Program-made: the position numbers and the translations under genes | Shown: positions 48,774-62,149 of the stretch, piece by piece | Numbering within the stretch: position 1 is the first letter of the stretch | How the letters are laid out: each line of letters begins with the position of its first letter | Notes under the pieces: model-generated | Database searches by the model: none | What the model was told of the DNA's origin: nothing | The model's input: the letters and a program-made list of their open reading frames with translations, nothing else | Assembly: GCF_044704955.1 (NCBI RefSeq) | Contig: NC_091980.1 | Span: 215,202,001 to 215,266,000 of the forward strand | Direction: 5' to 3' | From: Pristiophorus japonicus | Lineage: Eukaryota | DNA length: 64,000 nucleotides

Positions 48774-51700
48774 AGGCCCAAACTTGGTCGACTCTAAGGC
48801 CTGCCCATTTCTTGGCAGTCCCCGGGTGGCACATACCTTTTTTCCGCTGGGGCTAGTCGGAAGCGAGTTTTGCCGCGGTTGTGTCGACGGCAGCGGCAGA
48901 TAGCAGGAGTCGGCGGCCGGGAGCGGGTGTCAGTGGGGGGGCGGCTGCAGTGGGCAGTATGTGCAGGCCTCTCAACTCTGAAAACTTCAGAGGCCATACA
49001 CAGCGCATGCGCGAGACTTGTGTGGGGGGGAGGGGGGGGTTTGTAGTTTCATTTTCCAGCTGACGTCATTGTTGAGGCGAATCGGGCTGATGGGACATCT
49101 GCGCATGCGCTTAAATGCTGATCACTCCTTTGCACCTGGAGAGGGGAGAGTGTTGGAAATAGAGAGCAACAAAGTATTTAGCAGCCATTCATCTGGGTAA
49201 TTAAAATGAGTGGACAAAAAGTTTCAAGGAAGACTGTTAAAGCCAGACCCAGAGCTCCCTGGTTTAATGATGAAGAACTGGAGGAGCTTGTATCAGAGGT
49301 AGAGCGCCGGTACAAAGACCTCACCCGGGATGGTCATGGAAAGCCTCCACCACCCCAATACAGAAGCATCTGGAGTGAGATTAGTGAGGTCTTGTCCTCA
49401 ATGGGCAACATTGCGCGGGATGGAGATCAGTGTAGGAAACGTTGGAATGATGTGTTGGCATCAGCAAGAGTGAGTAACCATTTATTGGAGCCCTCCCATA
49501 CAATGCCAAAAGGTTCTGTGCCAGAAGTGTGTGTGTGTGGGGCATGAGCAAAACGGATCAAGGCCGCAATGTTTCTTCCCACAGAAGAAAAAGACATCTA
49601 AGACAGCAAGCCCAAGAGCCATGGGAGGGGGCCCAGCTGAGGTCATAGAGTTGAGCAGCCTGGAGGAGCATGCCTTGGCTTTGGTGGGTGAGCAACGCCA
49701 TGCAACCACAAAGGGTGATGCAGATCCCATGATAGAGCATGGTAAGGTTAAACTAATCTCCAGTGTGCATGACGCTCATGTCATGAAAGGTCATGCAATC
49801 TTAAATCAAAAGCATTTTCACGCACACTTTGTCAGCCATTCTTGGTGTGCCCATGTAGCGATGGAACTCCTTGATAGCACATTGTGAGATTGGACGGCTC
49901 ATATGTCATCCTGGCCAACCCCAGTAGAATGAAATGTTGTCCTCTACTTGCAGATGGCGAGTCGGACAGTAACGAGCAATGCACACAAAGAGAAGTGTTA
50001 TTCCAAGTTCCCCCTCCCCTACGTTGTCACCACCCCAAGACAACAGCTCATTCATCCAATCCCCCCCCCCCCACAAGATCACCCATGTCCACCGCACCCA
50101 CCTCCACCATCCAGAGTCAGGAAGACCAGGAGGGAGAGGAGAAGGACCCATGGTAGAGTCAATTGATCTCGAGGAGCTGCAAGAGGAAGACACCAGCCTC
50201 CTGACATGTGTGCCACCTGTCCGGAGAGCCTAGGCGTCGGGGTCCGAATTCATGGGGTTCGAACTGGACGAACCAGGAACAAGTGCTGGCAGGCGCAGAG
50301 ACCATGGTGTTAAACCAACCACGCGCATTCACCCACACACACCCAACAATCACCTGAGGATGCAGAATGGCTCGCGGCCATTAACGAGATAGTCCAGCTA
50401 TCGAGGATGAACGCTAAGCTAGGTTGCGATCTGCTGCAGACCATGGCTGGGATAACTGTGAGCATCGCGACCTTTGCTCAACACCATATTGACAGCATGG
50501 AGTGGCTCATTAGTGCGGTGGAGCACAACACAGAGTCTGTCAAGGCAATGAGGCAAGCGATGGCTTCTGGCCAGGTCGTGCAAGCACCCGATCCCACACC
50601 CTCAAGGCACACAGATCCCGAGGAGCCGGACATGCCGGCTCCATCAATCATACGCCCAACTTTTTGCCAAGACGGACACGTCTGCAGGGATCCGGCTGCC
50701 CTCCTGCACAACCTGATCAAGCAGAGGCGGTGAAGGGCAGGGGTGCGGCACACCGTGTTGAAGGCGGAGCAAAGAAGAAGACGATGGGCCTCACATCGAG
50801 GGGGGTGGGGGAAGAGAGGTGGTGGTGGCGGATAGAGGGGTGGGTGTTGGTCGTCAATGGTTGTATATGCTCGTCAATGTTATGATGTTCTATCAATTTT
50901 GGAATGCTGCACTTTTCAATAAATTCACATTGTTCGCCCACTCTTGGTCAGTGTCTCATTTTTACATAATGTGTGGTGCTTTCTGAGAAAAACACAGCTC
51001 TCCCTCTGGTGTTCCACTGTATGAGGGATATCTTGCCCTCTATCTATGATTCTATTGTATAATGGGTCCTTCCATTAGGCCATCTCGACACGACAAGTAA
51101 GAGTCACCAATGCAGGAAGGCTTCCATTAAATGAGAGTCAGTTGAACTACTTGCAGGGCACACATTAAGGCTTGCACTTCACCCAACTTTTTCTCACGCC
51201 AAACATCGCGCAGTGGGACCCCTGAGATGACATGTGCAACAGTGAAATTGCAGTCCATTGTATGTATTTTTCCATTTTCCATACCTCATGTCAAGCTGTT
51301 CTCACTATCACATGCCGAGACCTACCAGAGCTTTACATCTTCTAACTCTCACCCATTTTCTCTCACCTAAGATCAAATCATCTGTGCAGTCACAATCTGT
51401 CACTAAAAATCTTCAACCTGAAATAGTTTCAAGACTCTTTTAGATCATCTCCATTGAGGCTTTACCATCTTTCAACAGTCATTGCCACTTCCTCTACCAC
51501 ACCTTCCCTTCAATGGTCTAATCTGGAATTACATATCTCAACTCTTTGTATGCGGCTTGAGGTCCATCACATTACTTTTTCTGTACCACTGTTAATGCTG
51601 CTGCATGTGCACGATACCCGGGATGTGAAGCACTGCAGCACTCTGAGCGATTCCCCCTGCCGCCCGAATCACAGCCAGCTCAGACCAGCTTTTTGCCAGC

Positions 51701-51939
51701 AGTCCTTCTGGCGGGCGGCAGGGCGATCTTAGTCCATGGTGCCTGAGGACAATCCCGGATTTCCAGCCTCCGGCATGGGCGGGCGGCAGCAAATAGCGCC
51801 GGAGAAACCTCCGCAAGGAATCTCCCGGTAGACGGCACCTGGGCGGCAGATGGGTAGGACCAACGGAATCGGCAAAAGAAAAACTATTTCCGGAGGAAGT
51901 TCGGCAGCTGTGTATGGAACCTCGACCAAGTTCGGGCCC
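48774..51939. mobile_element. Non-autonomous Harbinger element carrying only the Myb/SANT gene
   Basis: TIRs AGGCCCAAACTTGGTCGA ... TCGACCAAGTTCGGGCCC (16/18 match); exact 3-bp TSD GGT; no transposase motifs seen. Confidence 0.8.
49206..50733 (+). pseudogene. Harbinger Myb/SANT-like gene, three exons, last exon disrupted
   Basis: Exon 1 RPRAPWFNDEELEELV...IWSEISE...QCRKRWNDV..AR|gtgagt; exon 2 KKKTSK...MGGGPAEV...|gtaagg; exon 3 from ~49953 is acidic and frameshifted. Confidence 0.8.
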
Positions 51940-52753
51940 GGTGTGCTTTTATTGATCTATGCGGTGTATTATAGTATTTAATTACATTTTTTGTGTATGG
52001 TTAATTTTGCAATACCTAATGAGTGTGTGCAGCCACCACTGTTAATGTAATTACAGAGGGAAATGGCACAAATCATAGCAACCACTGCATTAAATAGGAA
52101 CAGGTGCACTAAACATCAAACTGCATCAAAATAACAGCAACAAGAAAAAATGAAGCAGAGTTATGGAATGCTGTAAAGTCTAAGGTAACTGCAAAGTGAG
52201 ATTGAAGAGGTTAGAGCTTCATGGAGAATGATCAGGGAAAACAAAAGGTGGTGATCAGCTTGGAGCTAGCCTGAGTGCCTGGAAGTGTAGAGCTTTCCCT
52301 TTTATTTGTTCACAAGCACCTGAGCATCCTGATCTTTTATCATGTTGGTATAATAGAGCTTGATCATTAGCATCATGGAGAGACCTCGCTGAAGAGCAGA
52401 CACCAAATAGAAAATGCTGCCAGCTTGAAATACGATTGGCTGCCACGTGGTTACTTCTCATGTTTGAGCTTAGAAAGTGAGTATCATCAGGCTATATATC
52501 ACAGCTGATTGTGTGCACTTCTAAAAGTCAGTTGATAGTGGTCAGCAGAGGGAATCCTGGGTGATTTATTCCTTACACAGCTCACTGAGACCGTATGTAG
52601 GTATCTCAGTGTTGTCCAGAATAAAGTCAGATAACTTCTGATTAAGAATCAAAAATGGGACTTTCATACTAATTAATCAATTTAAAAACATAGAGATAAA
52701 GAGGTAGTCAACAAAAATCAAGTTTAACAATTGTGTTTCAAGTATTTATATAC

Positions 52754-52904
52754 CTTATGATATGCCTCTGCTCGACACACATATGCTCTTGTAGAAGTTG
52801 GCTCAACTTTTAAGGCATTTGTAAACCTGCGGATTGCCTCATAATGGTGATCCATTTTTAAAAGGAATATAAGCCCAAGATTTATATGAGCTAGGGAAAC
52901 AACT
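52754..52904 (-). CDS. TTC6: Internal coding exon of a TPR protein, likely tetratricopeptide repeat protein 6
   Basis: tgttttatttccag|A GTT...CAT AAG|gtatat; 151 nt, phase 2 to 0; VVSLAHINLGLIFLLKMDHHYEAIRRFTNALKVEPTSTRAYVCRAEAYHK is a clear TPR. Confidence 0.82.
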
Positions 52905-53595
52905 CTGGAAATAAAACACAATGTATATTAATCATACAAAAAAGGCTGACTTAATAATAAGTGTATATATGTATATATTTCAGCATTCAGACCTTAAAAC
53001 AGTTTTATTATTCAGCAAAAACTCATCACATTATTTAGATGTCAACCTGAAAGTATTCACTTAGTATCCAGAAATAACTCAATCAATGCTGCAAAAAGTA
53101 ATATATTTTTACTAATTTATTAGGTAATTAGTAAACATTTCCAACTCCATAATTTATTGGCAGATATTTCTTACCAGCAGTTAGCATGCTGGCACTGATT
53201 ACAATAATTTATATTCTTCAAGTGTTAAGCATGTCAAAAAAAATCAGAGTTAAAAGTATCATCCAGCTTCATGACAAGCTGTACTTGCTCCTATGTCTAA
53301 TTTTAATCCTCAATATAGGCAGCATTTTCTGGAACAAGGTGAAATGAATTTCAGAAAAAGGGCGCTGCATTTCTAAGACCTTATGTGAAGTATAATTAAT
53401 CAAACTCATTTCCGTTGAAATCTTGCACAGTTCATAGGTAGATTAATCAGCTTTGGTGTAGTAGTCATATTTTGAATTAAGTTATCCTCGATATATTGTG
53501 AGAATAGTAAGAAGACTACTGGGGAAAGTAGAAGAATATCTGTTCCTTTAAACAACTTTCCTCCAACAATAATAATTAACGTATGAACACATAAT

Positions 53596-56500
53596 GGGGG
53601 AGAAATTTGGGAGCTCCCCATTTGGGACATTAACTTTTAAAAGTTGGAAAAATTAGCGCTAGGCGCTAATGGTTTCCAACTTCTTAAAAATTCTGGTATG
53701 TCCTTACTATGCAGTATTAATTCACACGAGGCCCATACTTGAGAGAAAGTCACTCTGTGACGAGTTACCTTTATTACCAAGATCTCAAGAGGCAGATGGT
53801 GGGTGGAGTTTCCCCTTTTATAGCGGAAAGTCCAGGTTAGGAGTGTCTCCCACAAGTTCGCCCCCTGTGGTCAGTGTTCTCAAAGTGTACAACTTAGGTC
53901 AGCTTATACATGGATTACAATGACATCACCTCCCCCCCCCCAAAAGTCTTATTGGGATCACAGGTTAAGTCTCTGTGGTGGTTTACACTCCCTTGTAGAG
54001 CGCCTGACTTGGGGCTCCGGTTGTTGGGCGCTGGCCTGAGTGTCTGCTGATGGCGGAGCTTCAGGCCTGTCCGGACTGCCCACAGTGACTGGGCTCTCCT
54101 CCACTTCGTTCCGGTGTGCCAGTGGTGGAGTAAACTCTACGTTGTGTTCTTCCTCTGCTTCTTCTATGGGGTTGCTGAACCTCCTTTTCGTTTGATCCAC
54201 ATGTTTGCGGCAAATTTGTCCATTGTTAAGTTTAACTACCAAAACCCTATTCCCCTCTTTGGCAATCACAGTGCCTGCAAGCCATTTGGGCCCTGCAGCG
54301 TAATTAAGGACAAAACAGGGTCATTGACATCAATACATCGCGCCCTCGCATTCCTGTCCTGGCAGTCACATTGTGACTGATGCCTGCTCTCAACAATTTC
54401 TTTCATAGTAGTGTGTATAAGGGATAACCTGGTTTTGAGCGTCCTTTTCATTAGCAGCTCTGCAGGTGGAACCCCTGTGAGCGAGTGTGGTCAGGATCTA
54501 TTGGCCAACAGGAGGCGTGATAAGCGGCTTTGTAGGGAACCCCTTTGGATTCTGAGTATCCCCTGTTTGATTATCTGCACTGCTCGTTCCGCCTGGCCAG
54601 TTGAGGCCGGCTTGAATGGTGCCGTTCTGACATGGTTGATTCCATTGCCTGCCATGAAGTCCTGGAATTCAGTGCTTGTGAAGCATGAGCCATTGTCGCC
54701 GACCAAGACGTCTGGTAGACCATGGGCGGTAAACATTGCCCATAGACTTTCTACCGTGGCAGAGGATGTGCTTGAATTTAAAATGGCACACTCAATCCAT
54801 TTGGAGTAGGCGTCTACTACAACCAAAAACATTTTTCCCATGAAAGGACTTGCGTAGTCCACATGGATGCATGACCATGGCTTGGCGGGCCAGGACCAGG
54901 GGCTAAGGGGGGCTTCCCTGGGTGCGTTGCCCAGCCGAGTACACGTGTTGCACCTGCGAACACAAAGTTCCAGGTCTGCATCTATCCCTAGCCACCAAAC
55001 GTGTGACTTGGCAACTGCCTTCATCATGACAATGCCTGGGTGCTCATTGTGAAGTTCTCTGATAAACACCTCTCTGCCGTTCTGGGGCATGACTACTCGG
55101 TTTTCCCACAGTAGGCAATCGGCCTGAATCGAGAGTTCATCCTTGCACCTATGAAACGGTTTAAACTCCTCAGGGCATGCCCCGTACGTGGCTGCCCAGT
55201 CCCCATTCAGGACACATTTCTTAACTAAAGACAGTAGCAGGTTTTTATTTGTCCAGACTTTAATCTGACGGGCTGTCACAGGTGAGCCTTCGCTTTCAAA
55301 AGCTTCAACAACCATGACCATCTCAGCATCATGCTCAGCTGCCCCCTCAGTGGTAGCTAGTGGGAGCCTGCTGAGTACATCGGCACAGTTTTCAGTGCCC
55401 AATCTGTGCCTAATTGTGTAGTCATAGGCGGCTAACATAAGTGCCCACCTCTGTATGCGGGCCGATGCATTCGCTATGGCCTTGTTGTCGGCCAAAAGGG
55501 ATGTTAGGGGTTTGTGATCTGTCTCCAGCTCAAATTTCCTGCCAAACAGGAACTGGTGAATTTTTTGTACTGCATATACAAATGCTAGCGCTTACTTTTC
55601 TACCATCCCGTAGCCCCTTTCTGCCTGGGACAGACTTTTGGAGGCATAAGCTACCGGCTGTAACTGACCATTGGCATTCACATGCTGCAACACACACCCG
55701 ACCCCATAGGACAACACATCACACGTTAAAAATAGTTTATTACACGGGTCATATAACGTTAACAGTTTGTTGGAGCATAACAAATTGCGTGCTCTATCAA
55801 AAGCTCTTTCCTGGCTATCCCCCTAGACCCAATCACGACCTTTGCGTAGGAGCACGTGTAGCGGCTCTAACAGCGTGCTCAATTTGGGAAGAAAGTTACC
55901 AAAATAGTTCAGGAGCCCCAGGAATGAACGCAGCTCCGTCGTGTTACGGGGTCTGGGTGCTCTCTGGATCGCTTCCGTTTTGGACGCAGTCGATCTGATC
56001 CCGTCTGCTACTACCGTTCTCTCCAGGAATTCTACCTCTGGAGCTAAGAAGACACACTTCGCCTTTTTCAGTCGCAGCCCTACCCGGTCCAGTCTGCATA
56101 GCACCTCCTCTAGGTTGTGGAGGTGTTCTTCAGTATCGCGATCCGTGATGAGGATGTCGTCTTGAAAAACCACCATCCTTGGAATCGACTTCAGGATTTC
56201 CCCCAGTATTCATTTGGCCTCGTAGGGCTTACATCGGGCCCGTCCTCTTTGTACATCAACTTGGCTGCAGGCTTCCTGCACATACGCGCCACATGACCGC
56301 TGACGTTGCAGTTTCTGCAGGTATATTGCTGCTGCCTGCAAGCTCTGGCTGGGTGTTTGCCTCCACACCTCCCGCATGAGCTGGAGGCCCCATTGTTGGA
56401 AACAAAAGGTCCATTACCAGTCGATCGTCTCTGACTGTCTCTGTAACTGTCCTTAAGCACACCATTAACAGGTGTTGATGGCCCCATTACTGGCCGCATT

Positions 56501-58090
56501 GTCCATTGTGATGGCATGAATCGCTGTTCAGATAGCCATCGTCTCTGTTGAATTCTCCCTTTGGGTTCGACTACATGCTGGGGCATGTCCGATTGCCCTT
56601 GTCTGCCTAGAGAACTGTGTGCCGCGTTAACAATGTTGACTCCCTGGTCGTTTGCCGCATTTGAGCCAAGATTTTTGCCATAAGTCATTCTGGTCTCTTC
56701 CTCCCCTGAGATAAATGCCTGGGCTATCAGAGCCGCTGCTTCCAAGGTCAAGTCTTTGGTCTCAATCAGTTTCCTGAAAACCCCAGTGTGCCCGATGCCC
56801 TCAATAAAAAAGCCTCACAGCATCTCCGCTCTGCATGCATCTTCTGGGAACTTACACAGGCTCGCCAGGCGCCGGAGATCTGCCATGAAATCTGGAACGC
56901 TTTGCCCTGCTCGCCGCCGGTGTGTGTAAAACCGGTGTCTCGCCATGTGCATGCTGCTCGCCGGTTTAAGGTGTTCCCCGATCAACTTACTGAGCTCTTC
57001 GAACGTCTTGTCCGCAGGCTTCTCTGGCGCTAGAAGGTCCTTCATCAGGGAGTACGTTCTGGATCCAAAACCGTCAGGAGATGAGCCCTGCGTTTGTCGG
57101 CCGAATCCTGTCCCAACCATTCCTTAGTGACAAAACTTTGCTGTAGTCTCTCAATAAAGTCGTCCCAATCATCACCAACAGAGTACCTCTCTTCTGTGCT
57201 GCTAGTGGCCATGCTCGCGTGGTTTAAATCCCAGTTTCTCATCGCGAATTATATGTCCTTATTATATAGTATAAATGCACACGAGGCCCATACTTGAGAG
57301 AAGGTCACTTTGTGACCAGTTACCTTTATTACCAAGATCTCAAGAGGCAGCCGGTGGGTGGAGCTTCTCCTTTTATACGGAAAGTCCAGGTTAGGAGTGT
57401 CTCCCACAAGTTCGCCCCCTGTGGTCAGTGTTCTCAAGGTGTACAACTTAGGTCAGCTTATACATGAGTTACAATGGCAGTTGAATACATGACAAATTCG
57501 GTGTTTACGGTCCAGGAAGGAAGTGGAGTGCTAGGGCTCTACGTCCTTCCTGGAGCGCAAGAGGCAGCAGGCAGGGTGGTAATTGTGCAGCTCTGCACAA
57601 TGGGCTGTGCAGCACTGCCACGTTGGAAGGCTCTTTCCCTCCCTTAAAGGGAAGGGCCATCGCTGCAGGCTCTGCAAAAGAAGAATTTACCTGGACACCG
57701 GGTCAGGTACCTGATCAGCAGAGTGCCGGGCTGATTGATCGTGGCGGAGAAAGATTGAAAACAAATTAACGACAGTACTCGCAATTTTTTTTTTTACTTA
57801 CCTCAGCCACCTCGCCTTTAAGCATCACCCCAAGGCGCCCGGCCTCCCGATGAATGCCTCCTGCAGCTGCCAGTGATTTTGCTCGGTGATGCTGCAGGGG
57901 GTGGAACCGAAGTTCGGGTCCGGGGCAATGCGCATGGCGATTACGTCACAATTTCTGGGCGAAGGAGATCAGGGTGCAAGGTCATACTGCCGCCACAAAA
58001 CAACCGCGGAATATGGCAGGAGTCGATCTTCTCGGCGTGCCCAGTTGGTAAGTCGTTAGTGCCCATTATCGCCCCTCAGCAGAGGCAGTA
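53596..58090. mobile_element. Harbinger-type MITE hosting a Gypsy element (right end unclear)
   Basis: Starts GGGGGAGAAATTTGGG; GC-rich MITE-like sequence resumes at 57500. Confidence 0.45.
53694..57494 (-). mobile_element. Gypsy LTR retrotransposon (gag, RT C-half, RNase H, integrase; protease and RT N-half deleted)
   Basis: LTRs 53694-53925 and ~57249-57494; TSD AATTC; G-run PPT; VVFQDDILI, LTCDVLSYGVG, HPGIVMMK..CNTC and DNGSCFTS motifs. Confidence 0.92.
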
Positions 58091-58973
58091 GCTCATTTTA
58101 AAATATATAGCTGTCAGCTATACAAATCTATTTTTCTTCATTGGATGATTTCTTGGTTTCATACTTCTTTACTAAAACAAAAGATAGCAATTTGTGGAAT
58201 ATGTATTTTTTTACTTTCTCTGGAAGGCCATACAATCATCCACAAAATAAATATTCCAAAGGAAACATATAGTTGCTGGTAGTGGATAAAGGAGTTTTTT
58301 GCTCAATAGAATTTAAACCACTGCCCAGAATACCTATTTAAGGCAACGCTAAAGAAAGTAACAATAATTTAGTTGATTAGATGTAAAGGAAGTTGGGTGG
58401 AAATTTGTTCGGACACATTTTCAGGTAGGGAGAAGGACGAGGGATTCAGGGGAACAATCCTGCTCCTGATGGTGTAACAGGAAAAGTTTTTTTTTATGTA
58501 TTTAAAAAGAACTTACCATTTGTTGGCAGCCACAGCAGCACGAATGACTGCTGAGCATGGCAGGCCCATAACCTGCTCTGCTCACTGGAAGGAAACTTCT
58601 AAGGGGGGTTATGAAACAGGTGATAGGTCCCCAATTAACATATGTAAGAGGCTATATGAATTTAGAAGTGGCCTGAATGCACAGGCAGATTAGACATGAA
58701 CTGTCCGGCTGCTAAATTTGCCAATGACAACCCGTTTTACAACCAAAAAATGGGAAACACATACCAATTACTACCCCAGTATGTTCTTCCACAATGGAGC
58801 AGCTCCACTGTATTTAAAAATGACAGTGAGAGAACAGTACTGAAGATAGCATGCACATAGTGCACAAGGAAAATAGGCCGAGAAATTTGATTGCGCTGAG
58901 CCTGTTTTACAAAAGTAAAATGGGCATCTAAGGGTCCAATACATATGCGTCCATCCCACATGGGAAATATATC

Positions 58974-61900
58974 ACTGATGTCCTGGGGGTAACATTTGCT
59001 AATGCAGTTTGGGAGTGTTTAAACTAATATGGCAGGGGGATGGGAACCTATGCAGCGAGACAGGGCGAAGTAATATGGAGTCAGAAACAGGTGGTAGAAA
59101 GGCAAAAAGCAATAGTGGAAGGCCGAGTAAACAAAGGCAAGAAACAAAAAGGGCCACACTACATCATAATTCTAAAAGGAAAAAGGGTTTTAAAAAAACA
59201 AGCCTGAAGGCTTTGTGTCTTAATGCAAGGAGTATCCGTAATAAGGTGGATGAATTAACTGTGTAAATAGATGTTAACGGATATGATGTGATTGGGATTA
59301 CAGAGACGTGGCTCCAGGATGATCAGGGCTGGGAACTCAACATCCAAGGGTATTCAACATTCAGGAAGGAAAGAATAAAAGGAAAAGGAGGTGGGGTAGC
59401 ATTGCTGGTTAAAGAGGAGATTAATGCAATGGTTAGGAAGGACATTAGCTTGGATGATGTGGAATCTATATGGGTAGAGCTGCAGAACACCAAAGGGCAA
59501 AAAACATTAGTGGGAGTTGTGTACAGACCTCCAAACAGTAGTAGTGGTGTTGGGGAGGGCATCAAACAGGAAATTAGGGGTGCATGCAACAAAGGTGCAG
59601 CAGTTATCATGGGTGACTTTAACATGCATATAGATTGGGCTAACCAAACTGGAAGCAATACGGTGGAGGAGGATTTCCTGGAGTGCATAAGGGATGGTTT
59701 TCTAGACCAATATATCGAGGAACCAACTAGGGGGAGGCCATCTTAGACTGGGTGTTGTGTAATGAGAGAGGATTAATTAGCAATCTCGATGTGCGAGGCC
59801 CTTTGGGGAAGAGTGACCATAATATGGTGAAATTCTACATTAGGATGGAGAATGAAACAGTTAATTCAGAGACCATGGTCCAGAACTTAAAGAAGGGTAA
59901 CTTTGAAGGTATGAGGCGTGAATTGGCGAGGATAGATTGGCGAATGATACTTAAGGGGTTGACAGTGGATGGGCAATGCCAGATATTTAGAGACCGCATG
60001 GATGAACTACAACAATTGTCCATCCCTGTCTGGCATAAAAATAAAAAAGGGAAGGTGGCTCAACCGTGGCTATCTAGGGAAATCAGGGATAGTATTAAAG
60101 CCAAGGAAGTGGCATACAAATTGGCCAGAAATAGCAGCGAACCCGGGGACTGTGAGAAATTTAGAACTCAGCAGAGGAGGACAAAGGGTTTGATTAGAGC
60201 AGGGAAAATAGATTACGACTGAAAGCTTGCAGGGAACATTAAGACAGACTGCAAAAGCTTCTATAGATATGTAAAGAGAAAAAGGTTAGTAAAGACAAAT
60301 GTAGGTCAACTGCGTCAGAATCAGGGGAAGTCATAACGGGTAACAAAGAAATGGCAAACCAATTGAACAAGTACTTTGGTTCGGTATTCACTAAGGAGGA
60401 CACAAACAACCTTCCGGATATAAAAGGGGTCAGAGGGTCGAGTAAGAAGGAGGAACTGAGGGAAATCCTTATTATTAGTCGGGAAATTGTGTTGGGGAAA
60501 TTGATGTAATTGAAGGCCAATAAATCCTCAGGGTCTGATGGACTGCATCCCAGAGTACTTCAGGAGGTGGCCTTGGAAATAGCGGATGCATTGACAGTCA
60601 TTTTCCAACATTCCATAGACTCTGGATCAGTTCCTATGGAGTGGAGGGTATCCAATGTAACCCCACTTTTTAAAAAAGGAGAGAGAAAACAGGGAATTAT
60701 AGACCGGTCAGCCTGACATCTGTAGTGGGTAAAATGATTGAATCAATTATTGAGGATGTCATAGCAGCGCATTTGGAAAGAGGTGACATGATAGGTCCAA
60801 GTCAGCATGGATTTGTGAAAGGGAAATCATGCTTGACAAATCTTCTGGAATTTTTTGAGGATGTTTCCAGTCGAATGGACAAGGGAGAACCAGTTGATGT
60901 GATGTATTTGGACTTTCAGAAGTCTTTTGACGAGGTCCCACACAAGAGATTAATGTGCAAAGTTAAAGCACATGGGATTGGGGGTAGTGTGCTGACGTGG
61001 ATTGAGAACTGGTTGGCAGACAGGAAGCAAAGAGTAGGAGTAAATGGGTACTTTTCAGAATGGCAGGCAGTGACTAGTGGGTTACCGCAAAATTCTGTGC
61101 TGGGGCCCCAGCTGTTTACATTGTACATTAATGATTTAGACGAGGGGATTAAATGTAGTATCTCCAAATTTGCGGATGACACTAAGTTGGGTGGCAGTGT
61201 GAGCTGCGAGGAGGATGCTATGAGGCTGCAGAGTGACTTGGATAGGTTAGGTGAGTGGGCAATGAAGTATAATGTGGATAAATGTGAGGTTATCCACTTT
61301 GGTGGTAAAAACAGAGAGACAGACTATTATCTGAATGGTGACAGATTAGGAAAAGAGGAGGTGCAATGAGACCTGGGTGTCATAGTACATCAGTCATTGA
61401 AGGTTGGCATGTAGTACAGCAGGCGGTTAAGAAAGCAAATGGCATGTTGACCTTCATAGCGAGGGGATTTGAGTACAGGGGCAGGGAGGTGTTGCTACAG
61501 TTGTACAGGGCCTTGGTGAGGCCACACCTGGAGTATTATGTACAGTTTTGTCCTCCTAACTTGAGGAAGGACATTCTTGCTATTGAGGGAGTGCAGCGAA
61601 GGTTCACCAGACTGATTCCCGGGATGGCAGGACTGACATATCAAGAAAGACTGGATCAACTGGGCTTGTATTCACTGGAGTTCAGAAGAATGAGAGGGGA
61701 TCTCACAGAAACGTTTAAAATTCTGATGGGTTTAGATAGGTTAGATGCAGGAAGAATGTTCCCAATGTTGGGGAAGTCCAGAACCAGGGGCCACAGTCTA
61801 AGGATAAGGGGTAAGCCATTTAGGACCGAGATGAGGAGAAACTTCTTCACCCAGAGAGTGGTGAACCTGTGGAATTCTCTACCACAGAAAGTTGTTGAGG

Positions 61901-62092
61901 CCAATTCACTAAATAAACTCAAAAAGGAGTTAGATGTAGTCCTTACTATAGGGGGATCAAAGGGTATGGCGAGAAAGCAGGAATGGGGTACTGAAGTTGC
62001 ATGTTCAGCCATGAACTCATTGAATGGCGGTGCAGGCTTGAAGGGCCGAATGGCCTACTCCTGCACCTATTTTCTATGTTTCTATGTTTCTA
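58974..62092 (+). mobile_element. CR1 LINE (end of ORF1 plus disrupted full ORF2)
   Basis: ALCLNARSIRNKVDEL, GITETWL, MGDFN and FADD motifs; TTCTATGT tail. Confidence 0.95.
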
Positions 62093-62149
62093 CCCACCTT
62101 AGGCATCCAGGGCACACGCCAGAACGATTCAGCTCGATAACGACAGTAT

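Noticed and set aside
4635-62012. Recurring antisense ORFs (e.g. [24 protein letters not shown]) and MARKQEWGTEV ORFs
   Set aside because: These are shadow frames of CR1 ORF2 and its 3'UTR; they recur only because the LINE is repeated.
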